Source of the DNA: an uncultured Eubacteriales bacterium
Lineage (GTDB): Bacteria; Bacillota; Clostridia; Peptostreptococcales; Anaerovoracaceae
Direction: 5' to 3'
Assembly: GCA_900542295.1 (NCBI GenBank)
Contig: UQNJ01000005.1
Span: forward strand, 51,162 to 115,161
DNA length: 64,000 bases
A program made the translations under genes and the position numbers. The notes beneath the pieces are model-generated. The model did no database searches, was not told where the DNA came from, and worked only from the letters and a program-made list of their open reading frames with translations. Shown piece by piece: positions 1-8,539 of this stretch (positions are counted from its first letter, which is position 1; each line of letters starts with the position of its first letter).

Positions 1-569
1 TCATAGAGAATATCTGTAACATTTTCTTTAAGTGACAGCCTCTTGAGCGCCTCTGAATCACCCATTCCGCTGGTATCAAGACATACATTGACACCTGCCT
101 CGGCTGCTTTGTCAATCAAAGCTTCTGCAAAATCTGAATGCATAAGCACTTCGCCACCGCTTATAGTTATGCCTCCCCCTGTGTTATCATAAAATCCCTT
201 ATCCTGCAGCACTGTTTCCATAACTTCATCTACCGTCATATATTTTGCTACCGGTCTCAGTGCATTTGCATAGCACTCATCGGCGCATTTAAGGCAAACG
301 TCGCATTTCTCCCTGTCTACTTGAATTCCTCTTTCGCTGTGTATCGATAATGCACTGCGCGGGCATATTTCGATACAGTGTCCACATCCTATGCAATTAT
401 TCGGCGACTGTATGAGCTGCTGAAAAGTTTCAATCATTTCCGGATTGTGACACCACCTGCATTTGAGAGGACACCCCTTCAAAAAGACTGTTGTTCTTAT
501 TCCGGGGCCATCCTCCACAGAAAATTTTTGAATACTGCCGACCAGAGTTCTTTCCGGCGTGTTACTCAT
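1..569 (-). CDS. Glycyl-radical enzyme activating protein (radical SAM); partial, the C-terminus lies beyond the window start
   Basis: Translation from the ATG at 569 reads MSNTPERTLVGSIQKFSVEDGPGIRTTVFLKGCPLKCRWCHNPE. It carries the CX3CX2C radical-SAM motif and two ferredoxin-like Cys clusters (CIGCGHCIEICP, CDVCLKCADEC). An RBS GGAGG lies upstream. The gene sits immediately downstream of the GRE gene. The in-frame reading continues past position 1. Confidence 0.85.
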   Translation of the reverse strand, partial: MSNTPERTLVGSIQKFSVEDGPGIRTTVFLKGCPLKCRWCHNPEMIETFQQLIQSPNNCIGCGHCIEICPRSALSIHSERGIQVDREKCDVCLKCADECYANALRPVAKYMTVDEVMETVLQDKGFYDNTGGGITISGGEVLMHSDFAEALIDKAAEAGVNVCLDTSGMGDSEALKRLSLKENVTDILY

Positions 570-586
570 ATATTTATATCCTCCTG

Positions 587-2962
587 CTACTCGGACAAAT
601 GTGGCGTACGATAAATAATAGTATCCTGTGCGCTTTTATCCAATTCAGTAAAATATGCCATGTATCCCGCTACACGAACCATAAGTCCCTTGTAGTTCTC
701 CGGGTTTTTCTGAGCTTTTTTAAGAGTTTCATTATCCACAACATTTATCTGGATATGCTGTCCGCCATCTTCAAAGTAAGTGCGGATCACTCCCTCCACG
801 ATATCAAGCCCTTTTTCGCCCTGAATTCCCTTAGGGTCAAATCTCAGATTGTAAAGAGCACCTTCATGGAGTTTTTCATCAACCATGCTTGCAACTGATT
901 TTACTGTTGCCGTAGGTCCGTTAACATCTCTTCCCATCATAGGAGACGATGCATCGCAGAACGGTTCTCCTGCCAGTCTGCCGTCAGGAAGAGCTCCTGT
1001 CACAGCTCCGTGCGGAATATTCATTGTTTGTGAATCTATACCAAACGCATAGTAGCCACCTCTTGCGTCATGCCAGCCTTGTACATTTTCTGCAACAAAA
1101 TCCATCATTTCCTTGTATATCGCATCTACATGAGGCTGATGATTTCCGTATTTCTCAGGTTTATGCAGAAGAAGCTGTCTCAGTCTTTCGTTGCCTTCAA
1201 AGTTATTGTCACATGCCTTTATCAGCTCGTCCATAGTAACATCTTTGTCCTCGAAAACACATTTTTCAACTGCCGCTATGGAGTCTGCAAGGTTGGCAGG
1301 ACCTGTTACATAAAGACCGCATGTCGAATATTTAGCTCCGCCGTGCTGAACGGATTTTCCGCTTTCAACACATCCCTTTGTAACCATTGAAGCAAAGATA
1401 ACCGGATAACGATTCATATGAATACTCTGCATAAGGTTATATCCTGTCCTTATCAGACTGTAATGGTGAAGTATCTGTTTTTTGAGTGCATCTTTAAACT
1501 CTTCGATATTCTTGAAGTCTCTCGGATCTCCTGTTTCAAGTCCCATAAGCTTCCCTGTTGCGGGATCAACGCCGTTATGAAGCACGAACTCGACCATCTT
1601 GCCCATATTTACATATCCTGCATCAGGTGAACCGTCAGCTCCGCCGCCTCCCGGTGCCGGCTGAGTGCAGCCTACTATTTCCCAGTCTCTTGCTTCTTCC
1701 AATGTGCTGCCTCTTCCCTTTGCGAGACAAATTCCTATTGCTGCGTCATCACTGAAAAATCCCGGATTGGCCTGCCCCTCCTGAATCATTCTGCATCCGA
1801 AACGAATCAGTTTTTCAGGTGTATTTTCCCAAACTCTTACTGCCATAACCGGCTGCTTTACCTGAAGCTCGTCTGCTGCTTCAAGAGCAAGATATGACAA
1901 ATCATTTGTAGCATCTTTTCCATCTGGAGTCTGTCCGCCAACCATAAGAGTCTGCCACATAGGATATCCTGCAAAAGCAGTCGCATACCAGTTGTCTCTG
2001 ACTTCGTACACTTCACATGTTTTAAGGTAAAGGCACTCTATCATCTCAAGAGCTTCTTCTCTTGTAATATTCTTTTCATCTATAACATCTTTTTTATAAA
2101 GAGGCCACATATACTGGTCAAATCTGCCGAATCCGCAAGCGGTCGTACAAACCTCTATATAGAAGTAGACATGTACAAACCACAGCGCTTGTAATGCCTG
2201 ATAAAAAGTCTGCGGTGGATTTTCAGGCACGACTCTGCAATTTTCCGCAATAAGAAGGAGTTCTTTCTTTCTTTTTTCATCGTTACAGGATTCAGCCTGG
2301 CGCATAGCTTCGTCTGCCATCCTATGTGCATATGTGATTAGACCCCTGCACTGAATTATGCAAGCTTTCCAGAAGTCAACCTTAGCCTGCTCCTCCATAG
2401 TCTGCGGAACTGTATTGTCAATATTTTTCTGACATTCTTCCATATATCCTCTAAGTCCTATGGTCATGATTTTTTCATGGTCACAGGTTGTCTCTCCGGA
2501 AACTCCGTTTTCAAGGCCTACACAAATAATGTCATCTTTCTCAAGCTCCTTTATTTTCTTTGGCATTACTTCGTCGGAAATATCCTCCATAGCTTTTCCG
2601 TCCCAGTATTTCAGAGTCTCCAATATGGTTTTCTTATCCTCATCCGAAATGTAATACGGGTCCTTGCTTCTTGTAGAAAAATCATCTATATCGCTGATGT
2701 ACCACGAGCTTGACTGAAATTCGGGATGCAGGTTGGCTCCTCTGTAGGCGTTTGTAGTTGTTCCTACGATAAGCTCATCTTCCATAATAAGTGTTGTCAT
2801 ATTTTCCATTATGTAATTTACAACCTTTGCCCTGAAAATAGGCACTGCATCTCCGGCAAATTTTTTATATGCCTCGGTAGCAAGCACAAGTCGCTCTGCT
2901 GTAATTTGTGGAATCGTATCAAAGTACTTTTCCTTCATTTTTTTTACTCTTGGTGTTAACAT
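587..2962 (-). CDS. Glycyl radical enzyme, PFL2/glycerol-dehydratase family (substrate unknown; dehydratase/lyase type)
   Basis: 792-aa ORF. The C-terminal glycine loop reads MVRVAGYMAYF and the catalytic Cys loop reads TKGCVESG. The length is typical of HypD/glycerol dehydratase/CutC-type GREs. RBS GGAAGGAGG. The second ATG is taken as the start. Confidence 0.85.
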   Translation of the reverse strand: MLTPRVKKMKEKYFDTIPQITAERLVLATEAYKKFAGDAVPIFRAKVVNYIMENMTTLIMEDELIVGTTTNAYRGANLHPEFQSSSWYISDIDDFSTRSKDPYYISDEDKKTILETLKYWDGKAMEDISDEVMPKKIKELEKDDIICVGLENGVSGETTCDHEKIMTIGLRGYMEECQKNIDNTVPQTMEEQAKVDFWKACIIQCRGLITYAHRMADEAMRQAESCNDEKRKKELLLIAENCRVVPENPPQTFYQALQALWFVHVYFYIEVCTTACGFGRFDQYMWPLYKKDVIDEKNITREEALEMIECLYLKTCEVYEVRDNWYATAFAGYPMWQTLMVGGQTPDGKDATNDLSYLALEAADELQVKQPVMAVRVWENTPEKLIRFGCRMIQEGQANPGFFSDDAAIGICLAKGRGSTLEEARDWEIVGCTQPAPGGGGADGSPDAGYVNMGKMVEFVLHNGVDPATGKLMGLETGDPRDFKNIEEFKDALKKQILHHYSLIRTGYNLMQSIHMNRYPVIFASMVTKGCVESGKSVQHGGAKYSTCGLYVTGPANLADSIAAVEKCVFEDKDVTMDELIKACDNNFEGNERLRQLLLHKPEKYGNHQPHVDAIYKEMMDFVAENVQGWHDARGGYYAFGIDSQTMNIPHGAVTGALPDGRLAGEPFCDASSPMMGRDVNGPTATVKSVASMVDEKLHEGALYNLRFDPKGIQGEKGLDIVEGVIRTYFEDGGQHIQINVVDNETLKKAQKNPENYKGLMVRVAGYMAYFTELDKSAQDTIIYRTPHLSE

Positions 2963-3235
2963 CATGTCCTCCTTCCATTGCTTATTCTCTTGTAAATATG
3001 TTACTATTACAAAAAAATAAAATCGACCACCTTCTTGTCATATTTTATAAGTCAGATGGTTATTTTTTTAACCTTTGCCCAAACAGCCTCATTTATTCAA
3101 TTTATTTGCTTTAAAATATGATTATTTTGCCGTAAATGGATTCAAAATGACTTTTTCGCCTTTCAACTATGCAATATAATATAATTAAGAATTTGAACAC
3201 ATTTTTATGTCAGATAATAACAAGGAGGTTTCCCT

Positions 3236-5098
3236 GTGCTTTTCGAAAAAATAACATATTCCGAAGATTTTCCTATAAATATAAGAATAGCTAAGATTAC
3301 AGACTATCCCCTTCATTATCACAAGGATGTTGAATTTGTCTATGTTCTTAAAGGTTCAATACACCTTAAATGCATATGTTCCAACTACGTTCTTCATGCG
3401 GGGGACATCTTTATAAACAACAGCCGTGAAGTTCACTCTTTGAATGCAACAGATGAGGACAACATAATTGCCATACTGCAAATAAGCACACGATATTTTA
3501 CGCAGTATTTCCCTTCTCTGCACAAAGGCTGCTTTATGACTTATGTAAGCAACAGTAAATACCCGAAATTAGATGCTCTCAGAAAAATCCTGCTTCACAT
3601 TCTGCTTAACTATACACAGAGAAGCTTCAATTATAAAAGCATTTGTATTTCACAGATGATAGAAGCTATAAGGTGCCTTAACCAGAATTTCAACCTGTTT
3701 GCCTTCGACGGATTGGTCGTTACAGATTTCAGATATGACAATCCTGTAATAATCGACCGCATAAGCAAAATAATAAATTATGTATATGCCAATCATTCAA
3801 ATAAAATCACATTGGAAAGTTTAGCTAAGCAGGAACACCTCAGCACATATTATCTCTCTCATTTTATTCGGAATTATATGGGGATAAGCTTTCAGGAGTT
3901 CTTATGTTTTGCAAGAGTAGAAATGTCAGAAATTCCGCTCCTGCAAACCAATAAAAAAATCAGTGTAATCGCAAAGGAAGTGGGATTTTCAACCACCGCG
4001 TATTATGAAAAGTTTTTTACAAAGTGGTTTAAACGTACACCGCAGGAGCACAGAGATCATTTTCTTCCTCATGTTCTTAGTGAAGAAAATCCCGCAGCCT
4101 GTTTCAGTTTATCTAAAAGTCAAAGCATAAGCATTTTGAAACGAAGCCTGTCTGCCATAAACGACTGCGAAAGCAGCTCTTCACAGATAAAGGGCCTGAC
4201 ACTCAACATCGATGTCCTTCCCGATGCCAAACCGATAATGGATATATCTCCAAATCTTCAAGTTGTAATTACCTGCGAAGATTATCATATTATGGGAGAG
4301 CGAATGTTCAATATTCTCTATGAGCTTAAGCCATCTCTTGTTATTTTAAATATCGGAGAATCGGACAGTGAAGCCACGGCCGCACTTATCTCAAACAGGC
4401 TTAATTTCATGGGATATAAAGTTTTGACTCATGCTGAAAACGGACTTCCGCTTAAGTCTTCTTATGGCTTTGATACCATAGCTTCCGCAATAAATGCTTT
4501 TTTAACAGCTTTTTCAGCTAATGCCCAGCCTTCCTGCTGTAAACTGAGAGATCAGGGAAGCCAGGCAAAAGTGCTGAAAGGTATGCCCGGTATACTTACT
4601 TCCGGACTTATCTCAAAGCCTGCATTTTATGCATATAGGCTTTTACAAAACATCAAAGGCAAGCTGATTTACTGGGGGAAGTATTACTATATAATCAAAA
4701 ACGACTATGACAGCGAAGACTCATATACAATTATTGTCCTCAATTACAATGATAATATCAGACACATGACGGAATGGAATATCGGTCCTTATGAGGCAAG
4801 CGATATTATAAGTAATTTCATGAATGAACTGAGTCTTGATTTTAAAATCCCTTTAAGCAAGGGGCAATATATAATCGCAAAATATGCATTTACCAATAGT
4901 AATTCTATTTTTTCGCATATGGCAAGCCTCAGATTCCCTGATAAGGTTCCTCTCGCTGACGGCTGGATACAGCAGTTCAGTACGGAACCTCAAACTCAGT
5001 CCGATATAGAGGAGGTCAATGATGTTATCAGCATCAATGCTTCTGTCACCGGTGCAGGTATCGAGGTCTTTGTGATACGGCCGTTTTACGAAGAATAA
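3236..5098 (+). CDS. AraC-family transcriptional regulator (N-terminal cupin, central HTH) with a ~330-aa C-terminal extension of unknown function
   Basis: GTG start with RBS AAGGAGG 7 nt upstream. The AraC HTH signature reads LESLAKQEHLSTYYLSHFIRNYMGISFQEFL...FSTTAYYEKFFTKWFKRTPQE. The gene is divergent from the GRE gene. The long C-terminal domain (residues ~290-620) is not typical of the family. Confidence 0.75.
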   Translation: MLFEKITYSEDFPINIRIAKITDYPLHYHKDVEFVYVLKGSIHLKCICSNYVLHAGDIFINNSREVHSLNATDEDNIIAILQISTRYFTQYFPSLHKGCFMTYVSNSKYPKLDALRKILLHILLNYTQRSFNYKSICISQMIEAIRCLNQNFNLFAFDGLVVTDFRYDNPVIIDRISKIINYVYANHSNKITLESLAKQEHLSTYYLSHFIRNYMGISFQEFLCFARVEMSEIPLLQTNKKISVIAKEVGFSTTAYYEKFFTKWFKRTPQEHRDHFLPHVLSEENPAACFSLSKSQSISILKRSLSAINDCESSSSQIKGLTLNIDVLPDAKPIMDISPNLQVVITCEDYHIMGERMFNILYELKPSLVILNIGESDSEATAALISNRLNFMGYKVLTHAENGLPLKSSYGFDTIASAINAFLTAFSANAQPSCCKLRDQGSQAKVLKGMPGILTSGLISKPAFYAYRLLQNIKGKLIYWGKYYYIIKNDYDSEDSYTIIVLNYNDNIRHMTEWNIGPYEASDIISNFMNELSLDFKIPLSKGQYIIAKYAFTNSNSIFSHMASLRFPDKVPLADGWIQQFSTEPQTQSDIEEVNDVISINASVTGAGIEVFVIRPFYEE

Positions 5099-5133
5099 TA
5101 CAAACATAAACGGTCATACTTAAAAATTCACAC

Positions 5134-5182
5134 AAAAAACGGTACTTCCGCAGTTATAAATGCTGCTGAAATACCGTTTTTA
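5134..5182. terminator. Bidirectional rho-independent terminator between the araC-like gene (+) and xpt (-)
   Basis: AAAAACGGTA...(loop)...TACCGTTTTT inverted repeat flanked by A/T runs on both sides. Confidence 0.6.
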
Positions 5183-5195
5183 TCATCAGTAATTT

Positions 5196-5780
5196 CTATT
5201 CCTGTTCCCTGAATATAATTTCTCCTGTTTCGCTGTTCATTCCGTCAACTATTGCCAGTGACTTGAGATTATAGCCCATTGATCTTATCACATTTCCTCC
5301 CGGCTGAAATCCTTTTTCTATGGCGATACCTATGCCTTCCACTGTGGCTCCTGCATCCTCTGCAATCTTTATCAGTCCCTTAAGAGCCTCTCCGTTTGCA
5401 AGAAAATCATCTACAATGAGGAGTCTGTCCTTTGGGCTCAAAAACTTTTGTGATACAATTACCTTGTTTCTTGTTTTATGTGTGAAAGAGTTTACCTCTG
5501 CCATATAAACTTCACCGTCTATATTTACGCTCTGAGTTTTTTTGGCAAATACCACCGGCACATCAAAATGGTATGCCGCCATACATGCTATAGCTATACC
5601 CGACGATTCTATTGTCAGTATCTTATTTATTCTTTTCTTACTGAAACAGCGCTTAAACTCTCTGCCCATTTCATCAAGAAGTTCTATATCAAGCTGATGA
5701 TTTAAAAAGCTGTCAACTTTCAGCACATTTCCCTCTTTTACAGCACCTTCTCTTACTATTCTTTCTTCTAAAAAATTCAT
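5196..5780 (-). CDS. xpt: Xanthine phosphoribosyltransferase
   Basis: Near-identical to the B. subtilis Xpt motifs [38 protein letters not shown]. The start is placed at MNFLEER (RBS GAAGAGG). The ORF-track N-terminal extension is not used. Confidence 0.9.
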   Translation of the reverse strand: MNFLEERIVREGAVKEGNVLKVDSFLNHQLDIELLDEMGREFKRCFSKKRINKILTIESSGIAIACMAAYHFDVPVVFAKKTQSVNIDGEVYMAEVNSFTHKTRNKVIVSQKFLSPKDRLLIVDDFLANGEALKGLIKIAEDAGATVEGIGIAIEKGFQPGGNVIRSMGYNLKSLAIVDGMNSETGEIIFREQE

Positions 5781-5961
5781 ATCTACCTCTTCTCCGGCGG
5801 AAATTGAAATAATCTTCATGCGTATTATTTCCTTAAAAGCAAAATACTGTCCCGCCATTATCATCATCTTTTCAGCTGCTACCAAATATTTTCTGCGTAA
5901 TAAAGGTGTGTGTCAAGACTTTTCCGTTATTTTCTTGTGAAAATTTATTAAATAACTTTTC

Positions 5962-5997
5962 TAAAAAAACAGTGAGCAGGCTTTAAGCTTGCTCACA
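5962..5997 (-). terminator. Rho-independent terminator downstream of the amidohydrolase/DMT operon
   Basis: GTGAGCAGG-CTTTAAG-CTTGCTCAC hairpin, followed on the minus strand by a U-run (plus-strand A7 at 5963-5969). Confidence 0.6.
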
Positions 5998-6004
5998 ATA
6001 CATT

Positions 6005-6886
6005 TTAAATATTTATGAATATCAATCCTAATGCAATTATCCCTGTCGCAATATATTCCCGCTTGGAAAGAACTTCACGGAAAACTATTACATTAACTAC
6101 ATTTACCGCCAGTATTACCCCTGCGCTGTAGCATGGATAAACAAGATAAGCCGGTAATTCTCCTACTGCTTTAAGCAAGAAAAGTATATTAAGCTGATTC
6201 GGAACGCCCAGCATAACTCCCATAAGCACATCTTTCCATGTTATTTTTCTGTTTTTAACAAGGCACAGAACCAGTGCCATAAGAGATGACACAACGAAAC
6301 CGTAAAACACGAATCTTTCTTTATAAGAATCTTCTCCGAACTCATCGAACAGTTTGGATATGAAGTCAAGACATCCTCCGCCGATAAATGCTACAAACAG
6401 GAGCAGCATATGCCTCTCGCTGCCTGTATTTCCGCCATTCGCTGCCGCCAAAGCAACAGACTCACTGCTGTTTTCCGAGCCTCCGCTTATGTATATTATT
6501 GCGAAAATCGCCAAAACAATTCCCACAATTTGAATCCATGAAGGTATCTCTCCAAACAGAATGGCAGAACCTATGGTAGGTATGAGAATACCCATTCTGT
6601 TAAAGGTAGATGTCAGCGGCGCACCGTTTTTATTTATGCTGACCTGTAACACAAGCAGCACCGAGACAATGAATACAGCTTGAAGTGCCGCCATTCCCAA
6701 TGTGAAGAGCCCCTCCGAACTGTTTATAAACAGCTGCCTGTCGTTCATCTGGAGATAACCTATTAAAGAGCCTGTAAGGTAATTAAAAAGCGTAACCCCA
6801 TAGCGATTACCGCTATGGGATTCCGAATACTTCATTACAAAGGTCATAATCAAGCTGCATAAAATTGCAACAATCAAGTAAAACAT
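6005..6886 (-). CDS. Polytopic membrane protein, DMT-superfamily-like putative transporter (paralog of 28486-29319)
   Basis: 293-aa hydrophobic ORF, about 9-10 predicted TM segments. It shares the motifs ESHxGNRY, NSSEGLF, KNGxPxTxTF, LIPTIxSxxLFxEIP with the ORF at 28486-29319. It is translationally adjacent to the amidohydrolase gene. Confidence 0.7.
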   Translation of the reverse strand: MFYLIVAILCSLIMTFVMKYSESHSGNRYGVTLFNYLTGSLIGYLQMNDRQLFINSSEGLFTLGMAALQAVFIVSVLLVLQVSINKNGAPLTSTFNRMGILIPTIGSAILFGEIPSWIQIVGIVLAIFAIIYISGGSENSSESVALAAANGGNTGSERHMLLLFVAFIGGGCLDFISKLFDEFGEDSYKERFVFYGFVVSSLMALVLCLVKNRKITWKDVLMGVMLGVPNQLNILFLLKAVGELPAYLVYPCYSAGVILAVNVVNVIVFREVLSKREYIATGIIALGLIFINI

Positions 6887-8308
6887 CTACAGTTTTCCTT
6901 CCTTCATGAACTGAGAATTTGTACCATTTATTTCATCAAATTCTTTTTTGGCTCTTGCACCTATACCTTCGGTATGCTTATTGACTTCTCCGAAGTAGTC
7001 TCTGTAATCTACATTGGTAAACTCTCCGTCTCTGTATATTACCTTGCCCTGAACGGCAGAAAGTGCAACTTCCTCTCCACGAGCTGAGTAAACTATATTA
7101 GGAACTATATTTCTCATAGGGTTTGTATATACAGGAAGCATTGTAGGTTTGTTAAGGTCTATAGCTATAAAGTCTGCTTCCTTTCCTGCTTCAAGAGAGC
7201 CTGTAATGTCTCCAAGGCCGACCGCTCTTGCACCTTCTATTGTTGCCATGCGGAGAGCTCTCCATGCAGGCATCACCTCAGGATTCTGATACTTAATCTT
7301 GTTGAACAGAGCAACATTCTTCATTTCATTGAATATATTGTGGCAGTTGTTTCCCGGAGCCTGGTCGGAACCTAAAGCGCAGTTTCCGCCTGCATTCTGG
7401 AATGCAACAGAAGGGCATACGATTCCGTCTATGATAGCTATTGAGCCCGGATTTACAATCATTGATGCTCCTGTGCGTGCTACCATTGCTGCCTCTTCCT
7501 CTGTACAGTCAGTCAGATGAACCGCTATGATTCTGTTGTCAAGAAGCTCTATATCTCTCATAAGCTCAACAGGTCTCTTTCCGTATCTCTTGACAATCTG
7601 ATAAGTCTCTCTGTCTCCCTGCTGAACATGAATGTGCATCAGAGTATTTCTTTCCTTTACTATAGCCTGAGTTTTCTTGAGCAGATCTATGCTCAGGAAA
7701 TCAACGCCCTGAGGTCCGAAAAGAATCTTAATTCTTCCGTTACCTTTGTTGTGCCATTTATCATATAATTCTATATTGCGAGCTAAGCTTTCTTCTCCCA
7801 TGGCATCGTCGAACTCATAAAGCTCACCCGGCTTATATACCTTTTGCTTTGCAGCTCTCACAAGCTGAGTGATGTTTCCTCTTGCTCCCACCTTATCTAT
7901 GAAAGCACATGCATCATCCATATCATGCCAATAATCGCCAAGTGTTGTGGTACCGCTCTTTACAGCTTCCAAAAGAGCCATTCTGCTTCCTGCTATTCTG
8001 TCCTCTTGAGTAACCGCATTTTCAAAAGGCTGAAGTCCGAACATCATCCAGTTGTTTGTGTCCTGAGCCAGACCTCTTAAAATTGCGTCTCCAGTATGCA
8101 TATGACCGTCTACAAATCCCGGAATAACAGCATGATGGTCAAGTTCAAGCACTTCGTCTGCCTGGTACTCTTTTTCCTCTTCGGCAGTAACAAAACCTTC
8201 AACCTTACCTGCGTTGACTACCATTGCTACATCGGTTTTATATCCTACTCCGTCTCCTTCCATAGTGAAAAAATGAGGAGCATGGACAATCATATCAACT
8301 TTTTTCAT
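6887..8308 (-). CDS. Amidohydrolase-superfamily aminohydrolase, SsnA/MtaD (ATZ/TRZ) type, with a ~50-aa C-terminal extension (paralog of 33315-34739)
   Basis: HxH metal motif VIPGFVDGHMHTGDAILRGLAQD. ~470 aa. The start is taken at MKKVDMIVHAPHFF (RBS AGGAGGG), consistent with the paralog start MKKIDMIVHTHHMY. The upstream ATG would overlap the sigma-54 promoter. Both paralogs end in ...MKEGKL. Confidence 0.8.
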   Translation of the reverse strand: MKKVDMIVHAPHFFTMEGDGVGYKTDVAMVVNAGKVEGFVTAEEEKEYQADEVLELDHHAVIPGFVDGHMHTGDAILRGLAQDTNNWMMFGLQPFENAVTQEDRIAGSRMALLEAVKSGTTTLGDYWHDMDDACAFIDKVGARGNITQLVRAAKQKVYKPGELYEFDDAMGEESLARNIELYDKWHNKGNGRIKILFGPQGVDFLSIDLLKKTQAIVKERNTLMHIHVQQGDRETYQIVKRYGKRPVELMRDIELLDNRIIAVHLTDCTEEEAAMVARTGASMIVNPGSIAIIDGIVCPSVAFQNAGGNCALGSDQAPGNNCHNIFNEMKNVALFNKIKYQNPEVMPAWRALRMATIEGARAVGLGDITGSLEAGKEADFIAIDLNKPTMLPVYTNPMRNIVPNIVYSARGEEVALSAVQGKVIYRDGEFTNVDYRDYFGEVNKHTEGIGARAKKEFDEINGTNSQFMKEGKL

Positions 8309-8367
8309 TTCTTCCCTCCTGAACCGATTTTGATTAAAACTTTTACATAACTTTAATTGAATACAAA

Positions 8368-8383
8368 GCAACTTTTGTGCCAG
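8368..8383 (-). promoter_or_regulatory. Sigma-54 (-24/-12) promoter driving the amidohydrolase-DMT operon
   Basis: The minus strand reads TGGCAC-AAAAG-TTGCT, an exact match to TGGCAC-N5-TTGCW. It lies ~60 nt upstream of the amidohydrolase start. A sigma-54 activator gene is encoded directly upstream. Confidence 0.75.
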
Positions 8384-8539
8384 TTTTAAACTGTTGAAAT
8401 ATACCGATTCGTTTAAAAATTCACCATTGCAGGAAAAATATTTTCACTATTACAGGCAAATCCGGGCAAAACATTTTTACTCGGTCAAAAAATTTTTCTT
8501 CAATATCATGACCGGCAACAAGCTCAAGTTCCCTTATCA

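Noticed and set aside
587-2965. First ATG (2965) as the GRE start.
   Set aside because: Its spacing to the GGAAGGAGG RBS is only 2 nt. The second ATG (2962) gives a 5-nt spacer, so the second is preferred. The consequence is one residue.
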